A stretch of DNA of 62,610 bases, counting the filler, from Choristocarpus tenellus KU-1152 (taxonomy: Eukaryota; Protista; Phaeophyceae), in NCBI GenBank assembly GCA_964200185.2. It is 13 parts of 13 records of this genome, joined end to end, with 100 filler letters (N's around TTAATTAATTAA, not from the genome) between each part and the next. Parts side by side here need not be neighbours in the genome. Positions count along the whole stretch, not along the records: positions 7,859 to 12,556 come from CAXNAD020013423.1; positions 12,657 to 20,189 come from CAXNAD020006005.1; positions 20,290 to 23,277 come from CAXNAD020023120.1; 10 more parts are not named here. One strand, 5' to 3'. The notes under the pieces were generated by a model, which worked only from the letters and a program-made list of their open reading frames with translations, had not been told where the DNA came from and did not search any database. This document shows, in pieces, positions 10,400 to 22,802 of the stretch; the stretch's first letter is position 1, and the number at the start of each line of letters is the position of its first letter. The position numbers were made by a program, and so were the translations under genes.

Positions 10400-12182
10400 A
10401 CCTCGACATGCGTTATCAAGATTATGCTAAAACCATGAAACGCATTCATAACAAACTCGGAGACCCTGCCAATGGTCCTGTCTTTCTTGGAGTACCTGCA
10501 GATAACTCCGCCCCATCCATGTCAAACAATCCCATTTTTTTCGCTGACGCTCTTACGAAGGCTTTAGGAAAGGTTCAAGGAGGATCGTGGGCCTTACCCA
10601 AGGACCATGCCCGCTATCGTAATGTATCACATGTGAAGTGATGCCCTTACCCCTTTCTGCATCAAGCTTCTTGAGCAACTATTGTCTGACTCTCTTGTAC
10701 CAACAGTGATATCCTAAGCGACTAATCTACAGTGGAAGTCCCGAGCGTCACCGGACAACTCCTTCGGGTTCCTCAGCAAGACATGACAGCGATTGAGTGG
10801 GTTCGTATCCTGGTGAGAGAATGCACTCTTTCTTATAGTCAGTCGAAAAACGTCGTAAAGAACGCAATGAGTTATTTAAGGATCGAGAGGGGGGAATCTT
10901 GGAAAGCTGCAGCCAACTGTCTTGTCTTACACTATCGAGCATACACCGTAGATTCATGGATGCCTCATGTTTGCGAGACAACTTTCTTTTGGAGGTATAT
11001 AGCTAAAGACCAACTCATTGATCTATGCGAACGAGCTCTTCCTATTCTTCCCAATGTTCTAGATCAGATTGGAGTACAGTCGATGGCATTTTCATTTCGA
11101 AAGGAGATTCGGAGTCAAATCCGCTCACTGGCAATTTCCCAGAATAATCCTTTAGGAGATGAAATGGTACAGCAGGGAATAAAAGCAGAACGGGTCTTTG
11201 ACGATCTAATCGAAGAATTGTCCAATCGTAGCGACCAGTACGCATTTGTCCCAACCAATCAAAATGCTACAAAATCTGCGTCGTACACCTCTGCTTTAGG
11301 TAGCATGGCTAATGCTCGTGCTATGTTTGCAAGCGTGTCCGACCCTTTGTCTGCCCCAGTTGAAACCCCGATAGGCAGACAGGAACTAGAATTGCCCCAA
11401 CATAGCAGGACATCCTTTTGCCACAAGAGATGCCAAGCCAGAGTCCACCACCACACAAAGAGGTGGTCAACAGTGTCCTGGCGACCCTCGCACCGATGCT
11501 CCAGGGGGTTTTGTCCCAAAACCCCCTGCCCACTGTCTGATCTGCGCTGACAAACCTACCTGCTTCTGCTCCTGGGAAACATGGGATCCCGTTCGTTTCT
11601 AAGAGTAATGCATCCACACCCGTTCGACCAGCAACACCCGCCACCCAGTCTGTGCCCCAATCCACGTCTTCTTTAGCCACAGAAAGAGCAAGCGATGCAG
11701 GTCGACACCATTCGGGTAAGGATTTACTTTCACCATCTGCTTCCCAAGATTAGGTTGTCGAGTGGCTCAAGGCACATCGAGTTTGCTTCCACCACGCTTT
11801 GAGCCAAAGTATCTTAGAGGCTAGGATCACGTCTATTTGGGGACCAAAATCCAATGTTCCGATTTTGATGTAATTTTGGCTATGGTGTTTTTAAGAAGTG
11901 TCGGTATCCTTGTTCCAGACACACCATTTCATTACGTGTACATTTTACCTACTCCAAAATATTTTGGAGTAGGAAAATGTCATAAAAAAATCCATGGGAA
12001 GCCAAGTCCCAAATGGACAAACAGGGCAAAACTCGTACCCTCTAAGATACATTCACGTTTTCGGTCGCGACTGCTTCAAGTCTATCGGCCGCAGGTGCAG
12101 GTATACCCACGACGACTCCATAGTACCTAAGGGTTACTTCGCATATCTTTCCCAAGACAAGCAAAGTACTACCCCAGCGAAT
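10400..12182 (+). pseudogene. Decayed gag-like retroelement ORF ending in a CCCH zinc finger
   Basis: Broken frames 10408..10641 and 10732..11550. Removing the MITE at 11801-12057 restores WLKAHRVCFHHAFGRDCFKSIGRRCRYTHDD (C-x8-C-x7-C-x3-H). Confidence 0.5.
11801..12057 (+). mobile_element. MITE family A copy inserted in the CCCH motif
   Basis: GAGCCAAAGTATCTTAGAGG ... TACCCTCTAAGATACATTCAC; imperfect TSD CTTT/TTTT. Confidence 0.92.
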
Positions 12183-12556
12183 GAGTGAAAGTATATGAGA
12201 GGGTACAGTATTTGCCCTGTTTGTCCATTTGAGGCCTTGAATATTTAGGCGATGAAGGGCTTTTTCATGTATTTTTGTTCGTTTTTTAGTTCTAAAAAAG
12301 TGTAAAAACGTGTGCAGATTGCGATTTAGAAGCAAATGCCTTCATTGTTTCACTCAGATGGGCATAAATATGCACATGAAGATTTACTGTTGTGTGTTAT
12401 TTGGGCGTTGGTATCATGGATGAAGTGTTTGGTGGCGGTCCAAGACAAGATACATTTGGATCCATCGGTGTTTTTTGTAAGTGTTTGAGGGGATATGTGT
12501 ACTGAAAAGATCTCCTGCTGCGGTGCGCCTGTGTTACTCTGGATTGACCCCGATGT
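12183..12556 (-). mobile_element. End of a longer element sharing the family A TIR but with a different interior
   Basis: GAGTGAAAGTATATGAGAGGGTACAGTATTTGCCCTGTTTGTCCATTTGAGG, followed by non-MITE sequence to the contig end. Confidence 0.75.
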
Positions 12557-13265
12557 NNNNNNNNNNNNNNNNNNNNNNNNNNNNNNNNNNNNNNNNNNNN
12601 TTAATTAATTAANNNNNNNNNNNNNNNNNNNNNNNNNNNNNNNNNNNNNNNNNNNNGGGGTGAAGGCGATCTCGGGTTCAAATTTTGGGAAGATTTCAGG
12701 TTTGAACGGGGGGAGGGGGGGAGGGGGGGAGGGGGTGGGGGGCATACCCGAAAAAGGTACAGAAAAAAGGTAGAGAAGGGTAGTTAGTTTAGTAGTACTC
12801 CTGAGCGAAAGGCTGACAGAAGAAGGCATTATTTTTAATCTACATACCATGGAACGTTCTGGTCCATTTCCCCACCTCATAACACACACACACACACACA
12901 TATTTTGTACTTGAACATTGTGGACACTTTCATTGAGAAAGGGTTGGACGGATTGCCCCCTGGTGAAAGACTTGACTAGGAAAGCAAATATACCTTATTT
13001 TGACAATAAGTTGACAGTTCGTACTGACTACATATCGAGCAGTCAACAGGTTGGTATGACAGTAGCAACTACAACTGCTGGTCTACACATATTCCGAAGA
13101 TGGATATGTCTGAGTGATGGTCATCAATTTCTTTCATAGTCATGCTATGCTGCCACCCCCATCACTCAGACATTTACTCTCCCAGGACATGACTATGCCA
13201 TAAACAGTGATCAGCCGTACTTGTACCCCTGTGACTGCATAAACCGGACGGAAAGGTGGTGTGTA

Positions 13266-13335
13266 ATCACTACTATCACTACTATCACTACTATTAATAC
13301 TATTGATACTATCAATACTATCACTACTATCAATA
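13266..13335. repeat. 9-bp minisatellite (ATCACTACT-like), about 8 units
   Basis: ATCACTACT x3, then the variants ATTAATACT, ATTGATACT, ATCAATACT and ATCACTACT. Confidence 0.9.
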
Positions 13336-14012
13336 GTCAAGAGCAGCGAAAGAGGGGTCCTCAAATAAAATAAAAGATCGCTAGAAAAATATTACCTGTA
13401 TTTTCTACTCTTACTCAAGGTATACTAGTTGTAGAAAGTAACACAAATGATTCCGAAAATAATAATAAAAAAGAATGGTATACAATTTTTGAAAACCGTT
13501 CTCAAAAAAATGATGCTGCATTCTGCTGAACAGGGAGCTAAAAATAAAGGATTATCTTGATGTCTTGCAAAAAAAACAAAAAACAGAGGACAAAAAAAAT
13601 CTGCTCCTTAATGCCTTGACAACTGAACAAAATCCTGTGCATTCTCTCCCCTGAGCCCAATTCCTCACCTGCAATGCATCATGCCTGCCACATACTTGGA
13701 GGGCACTCAGTGAATAATAATAAAAAAACTAGAGGAGCCTCGAGGACGACTGTCTAGATAGAGAGGGGGAGAGAAAGCCACCTGATCGTAAGTGTATGAA
13801 TTAATACTATACCAATACCTGTGGTCAATACTATAAAATACATGAGCATCGACATCATTGAGGACCGCCTACCCAAGGTTATGACTGTCATTTCATCGGT
13901 CCAACAGCATTTGGTGTAGCACTGGATGAAAAAACCCGGATAGTTCCTCCCAGACAGCCCCCTTGACTCTGTTGACTCATGTACAGTACTTGGCGTGTAG
14001 ACATGGACTTAC

Positions 14013-14254
14013 CCAACGCCTTCCCAATGTCTCGTACAGTCACCAGTCGACCACCACCAGATAGTGACATTTCCTCCAATAGCTTGCGTATGTCGCTGCA
14101 TGTTATACTCAAGGATAAGCCCTTCACATAGTCTGCAGCCACCAGCACCGTGCCAGTTGAACTAGTACCACCTTGGCATGGCATTTTTTGGTTTAGGGAT
14201 ATAGTGGGATGTGGAGGCCTATGAAAAAGAGATGGAAATAAGAGAAAGCAATGT

Positions 14255-14300
<46 letters not shown>

Positions 14301-16041
14301 GCAAATAGCTGCTAGAGACCCTGAGAGGAGGAGGGTGGGGTCTCCACGAAACCAAATACTGGTGGAGGTTAGTCTGTAAGACTGAGTTTCTCTGCTGTTG
14401 TTGTGCTTGAGTATACTGCAAGAGTATAAAAAAAGATAACTGAAAAATAGAGGGATTTTGTTGGACAGTTGCACACAAAAGTCGCTTTGCACCGTAGACT
14501 CTTCTAGCATATACCTTAGCTTGAAATGAAGGGGAGAGATGCCTCCTATTAAAAACTCCATCCTTGAAACAGATTCTGACGTATGATGGTAGCAACAAAA
14601 AGGCAGTCCCACAACGATCGAGATGCCCTGCACACCTTGAAAAAACGATGTGCACCAACATAGCACGCTTCAACCAGCTGCCGACCTCCAAATAGTTAAA
14701 GACTAATGTGTGTATGCATAGTACTACATATCGATAAGGCAGTGGAGTCACTCTGGTACTGCAAATTGCGTGTGACAAGGTGTAATGCTCCGTGCCCAAA
14801 GCTCAAACCAAGAACATGGGCACACTTTTGAAAATAATCTCCCCAAAACAGTAATTGGCTTGCGTTTAGGTGTGGCTGGGGGAAACGAGATATGTGCACT
14901 ACAAAATTGGATTATTCTCCAATCCCTGTGATAGGGACAATATCTTTAGATGGAAGTAGAACTGGAGTGTCAACTCAGGGAGGATCAATGACTACATTAG
15001 AAGGGTAGCCAGGCTGTCTAACTTCAGGCACAATCCGGAAAAGAACCATCAGTCGTACTTGTGACCCACATTTAAAGGATATCGTGGGAGGACGGGAAGC
15101 TACGACGCCAAAGACGCGGGATATTCAACTGCTTCTCAAGAGCAGGACTTTCACATGAAGATCATAGAGGGGCAGTGAATTTCATCTGCGACATCAACAC
15201 ATTTGCCAGAGTAGGGTACTTAACATGTACTTGATTGGATCAGGACTACCAGGGGAAGCTGAACACATGTGCCACCCGTACCATGTGGCCACCCGTACCA
15301 TGTGGTCTTACTTTGTAATGGCAGTCTATTTGTCCTTGGCGAACTCCTCCATGTGCTTGGGAAAGCCACGCTATAGCCGAACTCCTGGCTCTCGAAGGTC
15401 CGTCTGTCTGATATCAGTTCCATTTCAAGCGCCAGGGCATCTGCAGATGCATATCGAAGGTGGTTGTACTGGGTCAGGCACATGAGTTCACTTTCTGGGC
15501 ATTTTGACATTGCATTTGGCTCCCAACAATGCTCGAGTCTACTTACCTTCTGGAGAGGGCGATCCACATCACAAGGCAAGACAGAGTTTTTAATCAAAGT
15601 AGCAGATTCTAAGTCAGGCGAAAGCACATGGATCAAAGATACACCTTATACCGTGTGAGATGGATCCAATACGGTCGAGTCGAAGGTGCAATCCAAACAA
15701 AATGATGTATAATCTGGAGTGTGTAAGAATCAGCACAATGGATAAGGACTGAAGGATTGGCGACTAGGTACTCGAGGGACGGTACCTTGAGGTTTTCCTA
15801 GCAACATTGTGAAGGCTGTAGAAAAAGCAAGCTGAAGGGCTTCACGGCGGTTCACGACCTCAGGCATCATCCTGTTTGGGTCGGTTCCTCCATCTCCCTG
15901 TCCTTCCAGTGGTCGGTAACTGCATGAGAGCAGCCTTGAACGAGCTCGAGGGATAGAAACGTCCACTTTAAATGAGCGGGGTGGAGCGAAGGCAACTGTG
16001 ACTAGAGGAACCGCCACGAGTCCGATCAGATACACAAGCAT
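14013..16041 (-). CDS. Nucleus-encoded thylakoid-lumen protein, PsbP-domain-like (first three exons; 3' part not resolved)
   Basis: Exons 16041-15786, 15440-15312 and 14171-14013 are all GT-AG, phase 1, and join in frame. The product has a signal peptide (MLVYLIGLVAVPLVTVA-FAP), twin-arginine NRREAL, a hydrophobic stretch and an ALA cleavage site. It continues RRTFESQEFGYSVAFPSTW...VLVAADYVKGLSLSIT...VTVRDIG (PsbP-like). Confidence 0.75.
14256..14298. repeat. (CA)n microsatellite (intronic)
   Basis: Uninterrupted CA run. Confidence 0.95.
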
Positions 16042-16100
16042 GTCAATAGTTGTTATGATAAGTCAAGCATGTCAATAGTTGTTATGATAAGTCAAGCATG
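16035..16100. repeat. 29-bp tandem duplication overlapping the start codon of the lumen-protein gene
   Basis: CAAGCATGTCAATAGTTGTTATGATAAGT x2 + CAAGCATG. Confidence 0.92.
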
Positions 16101-16587
16101 TATTGTTTGTAGTGTTGTAGTTCAATGTATTTAATACTACTACAACTTTCTTCTTGCAACCCTAACCCTAAACTCCACTTTTTCCTATCTCACCACTGTA
16201 ATCAACACCAACACAAATGGTCCTGCTTGATCAGAAATAGATCTGGTGTTGAGACAACGAAGGGTGAACCCCTCACCACGTTGTTTCTGATCATTCCCTC
16301 TGTCTCAAACTCCCAAAGGGGATGGTTTCCACTAGGAAAACCGGAAAATCCTCCAGGGATGGACAGGCTCTTCCTCCAGCAGGTGTACCTTGTTCAAATA
16401 TGGACGGAGCGTTGTAATAACGAAGGGTCAACAACCAATTGCCTTTCGGGATAAGGCACTTCCTCAATTTGTCCTGTCCTTTGGTCAGCACAACTTTTTG
16501 CAGATGTAGACGTCGTATTTAGCTCTCTATCGTATCGCCCTCATCTGCAGCACCCATTGCACGCCCCTTCGTCTCGATAAACTACAG

Positions 16588-17363
16588 TGGAGAGCGACGA
16601 CGAGGCACCGGAGGAGGTCAGCAAGGTAGTAGCGACAGAACAGGAACAACGGCGAAAAGAAGCCGAGATCAAGGCTCGAAGGGCCGCGCCGAAAAGGAAG
16701 AGGGTTCGGAAAAGCAAAGACAAAGTGGGACCGTCTGAAACAGGGCAAGACGAGGGAGAAGGCGAAGGCAGCAGTTTGATCCTTCCGCTGGAAGTGTTGA
16801 AGGCTGTAGGTTCAGATGATAAGAAGCGTAGGAAGGCTGCGGCGACAGTGGCGAAGAAGCGAACTCTGACAGTTGAAACCTCCACCAAGGTCAAGAAACA
16901 ACCGAAAAAGCCAAAGCTTGCAGCACAGTCACGCAGGTGCGCATTTCCCCGTTCGAAGTCCAGATTTTGTCCTATTTACCATTTTTTCCCTCCGTAATCG
17001 CAAAGAGATCTGGGCTGAGCGGTGCGTCCTATGAAAGGGTCGTATTCGATGTTGGGATCCTGCACCTTGCCCATTCACCTTCCATCACCTCCTTGCAAGG
17101 CAGTTTTAGGGCTCGAGATAGTCCGTAAGACTTCAAATGTTTTTTAACAGTATCTGATATGCACTGTTTCGCGCTACCTCTGTCCTATCTCCAGAGACAA
17201 CCTTCAGCTAGTGGTGCTGAATGAAGACGGTGGGATTTTTGAAACAACTGAGGATAAGAAAGCTGCAAATATCTTCCTAGAAAAGCACATGAACCGTCGA
17301 AAAAGAGTCAACCACGCGCAGATGGTCAGCCGGGGCAATATGGAGCCATCTCCCTACTTTTGA
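16588..17363 (+). CDS. NOL7/U3-snoRNP-associated-like nucleolar protein (last two exons; first exon not located)
   Basis: Exons 16588-16936 and 17195-17363 are joined by a phase-2 GT-AG intron. The product reads ESDDEAPEEVS, then a K/R-rich region, then RDNLQLVVLNED...AANIFLEKHMNRRKR...PSPYF-stop. Confidence 0.6.
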
Positions 17364-18236
17364 CGTTGTTAGAGTTTTTAGATCCATTGTGAAATATGTG
17401 GTCAAAATATGTCCATTGGCACAATGGAGGTGTGTTGGCAGGAGGTCTTCCTTCTTGTCCACTTACTCCACGTCGCAAATTGCTTTTATCTTGATTGGTG
17501 ACTTTTGAAGCCATCGACACTTTAATATGTAGACATTATGTCTCCCCTCAGCTGGCAGTGTGCATGAGTGTGCCTACAAGTTGATACATACCCAACAATG
17601 TCTAGACTTGCGTCAATGCAGTGTCATTGCCAGCTATATTGGTAACTCAAGGCTTGATGCAATGCCTGTGTGATATAAATATAGGGATCCTTCTTTGCCA
17701 TCAAGAGTGAAATAAATGCTCTTCTAGTTCTCTTGTTATTGGACCATGTTTTGACCCCAGGACGCGTACGTCCTAGTGTAGGAAACCTTGACTGACTCTC
17801 TTGCATGTGAAATGCGAGTGATGAATAAAATGTTGCACAAAAAACTATTTTACTTTTGGTGTATCATGTGAGGGTGTCCTCTGTTCCTCCAAGGGACACC
17901 TGATACCACAATTTTTTCTTGTACCTAAAGGCACATTCTATTGCGTGAAGTATGGTGTACACATTATATACATTGTATGGTGTGTGGACTACTACACCGT
18001 GTCCTTGAGTATGCAACCAACAGCTCAGTGAATTGGCCTCACTTTGCCCTTAACGGTTTTAGACTATTAATAGGTGGGATGTCATTGAACACACTTTTGT
18101 CACAAGCCAACTGCATAGTTGACCTTGAACCTTTAGTATATGAACACTGCATCAGAAACTGATGTATGAAGATTGTGCTTCACTGATTTGAGCTGACCTC
18201 AACACCGATGAGTCAAAACAAATGATAACTACACAG

Positions 18237-18475
18237 GTATTGGTCGTTTTGCATTGTAAGTCTGTTTTTTAATCTCAGTTAACCGTATATTTTCTATGGA
18301 TGAAGTTCTAAGTTTGACTTGAGGGCGTTTATTTCTCTGTTGTTTGAAAAATTTCCGACACAATTCAGAAAACATCCTGTACATTTATTTTTTTCAAGTC
18401 GAATTTTGCAAATATTTGTCAACATCCTTAAAATGCAACTCTCGGTACCTCTCATTTGCTTTGTGACCGAAATTC
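18237..18475 (+). repeat. Dispersed repeat C (other copies 55410-55641 and 57166-57393)
   Basis: The three copies share TTGGxxGTTTTGCA ... ATTTCTCT ... TTCAGAAAA ... AATTTTG ... ATCCTxAAAxTGCxACTCTxGGTA. Confidence 0.8.
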
Positions 18476-20755
18476 AAATGGGCATCCAGTGTCTTGACTT
18501 TGAGGCACTGAATACACAATGTGAACGATCCTTGCTTTTCTTTTTCTTTTTTCATCACACACCATGTGTGCATGCATCTTGTGCACAGCACACTGTTTCT
18601 GTACTTCCTCTCTACTTTCTGTTGACTACCTAGTTCATACATACGTACTTCATTTCTGTGTGAGGTCGGTGTTGGCACCAGATTGTGTGATGCAATACAT
18701 GTATTAAATATCCCACTGGTTGAAAACGCTATCCAAATGCAAGTAGACTTATGTTCTATCCTGAGGGAGCAGGTGCATTTTTTAACATGGTGGAGTGTAT
18801 CCACCATACTGTATGATAGTCCTCTAAACCATGTTTTTTCCTAACTCAACACCATTCACAATATATGTGTAGATACATTGTAGTTGATGGCCAAAACCTG
18901 ACAAGCTCTGAGCTAGCGTACACCATACTGAAGGGACTTTATTGGTAAGAACGAGTTTTCGATGTGGTAGCAATCAGATTCCAATGGAACATGATTCAGA
19001 TAGGAACTTTCAATGTGTGCAAACCAAATAAAATGTGTATCCATATGATGGAGTCCATCCCAATAACACACTACCCAACACATAGACTGTCTACCTGAAT
19101 GTACAGAATATAGGTGGCACATGTGGAGAAGAAATGGTGTTTTTCCAACCTATTGCTGCTGATTGTGGTACTGTTGAAATGATACCTCTTGCAACACCGT
19201 AAGATGAACATCTGTAGAGTATCATCGTTAGATAATAACCTTGGCAAGTAGTTGTGTTTATCCAGACAAGGCTCGATCTATGTGGTGTTCAATGAGTAAA
19301 CCAACAGCATATGTATCCCAATTATGCTATTGCAGAAAGACGCAAAAAATCCACTACTGTATCAAAAGATGTTCTTGCTCATCCCCCCTCTCACCACAAG
19401 GACAATAGGTATCCCCCAACAGCTGAGGTAAGCAAGGTTGGCATGGCAACCCATGCAAACCTTGCTGTAGTGGTGAGGATGCCTTTTGTTCATTGAGCAT
19501 ATAGTAGTGGTTAGAAGCGCTCTCCAAAAATGTCTTTCTGGATAACAAATGATAACATAAAATGAGTGAGACCTGTTTGTTTTGACACTTTGATTTGTAG
19601 GCCTGCTACAAACCTCCTTCCTGATCATCACGGGCAAATTGGTTAAAGCGTTTCCAAATAACCATACTTGTTTGGCAATAGCGCAGTCCAGTCTGAAACC
19701 GATTCTCAGTAGTATGCATAAGGTTGAGCCGAACTTCACCCGGAATGCCTCAGATACCATCCAACAAGCCTTATCTTGTCAAAGTCCCACTTCAGCGCAA
19801 AAGGGATCTATCTCCTCTTGGCCAACGTCAACATGAAATTAAAAGAAAGCTCTGGTCTGTTTATACTGTTGAACTTTCACTGTGTGGTCGGTTACATACC
19901 ATGAAGATTTGCCTAAGTGTATATTTCAGCATTTGTTACGTACGAGTATGTTGGCACTGTAACAAATATCATTTATCTTTGCCACTGCAAGAAACGATTT
20001 GGAAGAAATTTGGATGGTACGGTAGTGCAAAACTTCTCCATAAAGATGACTTTAGTTAAAGGGGTTCTTGTGATACTGGTTTGGCCTTTTCCCTAACATA
20101 TCTGCAAAATGTCGGAGGGTGTAATAATATATGCTTCCTGGATGAGCTGGCTACCCACATGGTAGGAGGGAGAGGAGCGGGAGGATATGNNNNNNNNNNN
20201 NNNNNNNNNNNNNNNNNNNNNNNNNNNNNNNNNTTAATTAATTAANNNNNNNNNNNNNNNNNNNNNNNNNNNNNNNNNNNNNNNNNNNNCCCCCCCCCAC
20301 CCTGTCAGATACGCCGATCTGCATTTATCTCGGGCAAGTTGTTGGACTTGTAACACATCACATGACAACAACAGGGAGAAGGAGAAGAAGGCTACCGTAT
20401 CTAACGGTAGCTTGTAGTAAAAAAAATCTTTCAGCACATTAAAGAAAAAAGAAAACATCAGCTTTTTCAATTTGCTGCACATTCGTTGTACCCCTCCTCC
20501 CCCCGCCACCGCGAGAAACTGTGTATGTCACCTGAAGCAAGCACGGGTGCCAACACTGGTAAGCATGTTACCGGAAGTTCAAAAGACACACGAACAACCT
20601 GCTTGAACTAACTACTGGACGAACGAGGTATCATGAACAACAACACTCCCGTATCCTCTGTTTGCCATTTGTCAATCATTCATTTGCCAACGTGTGCGCC
20701 CCCTCGCCACTCTCCCCCCCGCCTCCTCTCCCCGCCCCCCGTCCCAATCCTCTTC

Positions 20756-22802
20756 TTACTCCTTTTCGTCATCCCCTTCATCCTCCTCTTCATCCTCCTC
20801 TTCTTCCTCCTTGTCCTCCTCCACGTCGATGATATACTCTGGCTCGTCTTTCAGCGCAGAATCACCGGCGCCCCTCCGCTCCTTGCGACCTTTCCCCTTT
20901 CCACCCGTGTGGGAAGAGGGACACTTGCGCTTTCTAGTGGTGATTGACGTCAAGTCCAAGTCCGAATCCCGCACTTCGAACTCAAAAGAATGCACTACCG
21001 TAAGACCCGGGAGCATGTTGAATGGTGATCAGTACTACGAACGGTTCGTCATTCGATACAACAATGCCCGACTACGGTCTTTATCATAGGAGACACTTTT
21101 GAACGTTCCTGTACAAGGTGCTGTGACCGGCACACATGTCGCTTACTGCTGTCTACACGATAAAACACGTTGGCGGTTTGACTTGCCTCGCAAGCAGACG
21201 GATGCATAGCCCCTGCTTGAGAGAAGTGAAGCCGACAAACTCCTCGGGACTCAGATAGCTCAGTGTGACTGCGTTGCGGTCAACCTGTGGTGACGAGGTC
21301 TCATATGCTTCCTTCAGTACCTCGAAGGACTCTGATTGAAGGGACTTTACGCCTTGCTGCCAGTTTTGTAGAGTTGTTTTCAGCGGGGGAGTAACGCCCA
21401 CCTTCGCGATGGGCAGAAAATGAAAAATATGATGCACCCAGCCAGCCAGGATGAGGCATCATTATCACTACGCCAACGGGGTATGTGTTAGTGGGGGGGG
21501 GGTATTATTCAGTGGCCTGGCCTAACGATAAAACAAACAAGAACGCTTTTTATTGTTCGTGTGTATACAACACAGACACAGCATGTGGTTGCCCACGAAG
21601 GAGAGGGTTTGGTTCACAAAATGACGTATCGTGTGTTATTAAGTCAGGCAACACCGCAACAGTCCGGGTAAAGAGTGGACCTTACCCGGGGAAAGGGGGG
21701 AGGGGGGAGGGGGTATGATACTCAGCGGCCTGGCCTACCTAGTGCTGAAAGAAAAAACTGTTCACTTCGTCTGTGATTTTGCACATACACATACTACATG
21801 GTCACCCGAAAATCAAGCATTTGGTTGACAGGGTTACTAAACATGGGATAACAATCTCAATTTAGGTTGAATAGGAGGACACAGAGAGATCTTCACAACA
21901 GCTGGAACCCAACAAGAGGAGGAGTAGAGCACCACCATCCCACCAACGTCGACAACTCCCTCACCTTTTTGTACATTTTGCAGATCTCTACTAGTGACAC
22001 TTCTTTTTTCTTCGTCTGTCACTTGATACCTTCTCCGAGCTCGTGCTGGAAATATACCTTATTTTTACAGGGTGCGCTCAACCACACTCTGGGTCGCGTC
22101 GTTGAATGCTATAAGCGTGGCGGTGCAGTGGACGAACAGGGCAAGGGGTAGGTGGGAAGCGGTCGCGGGACACATGCGGCAGGCAGTAGTGAGCAACATG
22201 TTGCTGCTGACAGAAACACCATGAGGGATAAAAAGATCAACAACGAAAAGATCAACAACAGGCTGACTGACGATGAACCAAACAAAGGAAACACGGCAAC
22301 AACTTGGTAGATCAGAAGAGTCATCAGGCGATCATGGAACAACGACAACACTCCATCACCCACCGTTGGCAATTAGCCTCTCTTCTGATTGGTTGAACTC
22401 CATGTAGACCCGCATCATGAAAGCGCATTCGGGATCAAACTCTCTCTTCAACACCATTATTCTATGGTTTCCGTCCAGTGTTCGTCCTTGAACGGCAAGC
22501 GCAATGTTGGCGGTGAGCTGGTCCCCGTTTCCTAAGCAGTCTCTTTGGATGACGACGGACGGAGCGAACTGCTCAAGCGAGCCTTTTTCACGGATAGACT
22601 TGCTGATGCGCGCAAGGCCACGCTCGCTCAGGGGACACACCATTTCCATGCATGTGATGTTGCCGAGTTTCATCTTGTATGTACCGAGGTAGTGATGTTC
22701 GAGGAGCGAGGACATACCCTTCAGATTGCTGCACGACGCTATCGATCCGTGGGCAGCGCCATCGTCGGGCAGGGGAGTCGTTGTTGAGCGAATGTTGGAC
22801 AT
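20756..22802 (-). pseudogene. Multi-exon ParB/Sulfiredoxin-domain pseudogene with an acidic C-terminal tract
   Basis: Exon 22802-22364 encodes VCPLSERGLARISKSIREKG...APSVV...TLDGNHRIMVL (ParB-like). Exon 22108-21965 has a 1-nt frameshift and stops. Further exons start at 21401 and 21108, and a D/E-rich tail lies near 20756-20830. Confidence 0.6.

Noticed and set aside
13140-13364. Ser/Asp-repeat protein (DSSDSIDS)
   Set aside because: Explained by a 9-bp minisatellite; no other coding support.
13888-14799. 303-aa ORF as a complete gene
   Set aside because: It is mostly intron, including a (TG)n run read as CVCVCV. Only 14171-14013 behaves as an exon.
16035-16100. CRISPR-like 29-bp repeats
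   Set aside because: The units are directly adjacent with no spacers, there are no cas genes, and the context is eukaryotic.
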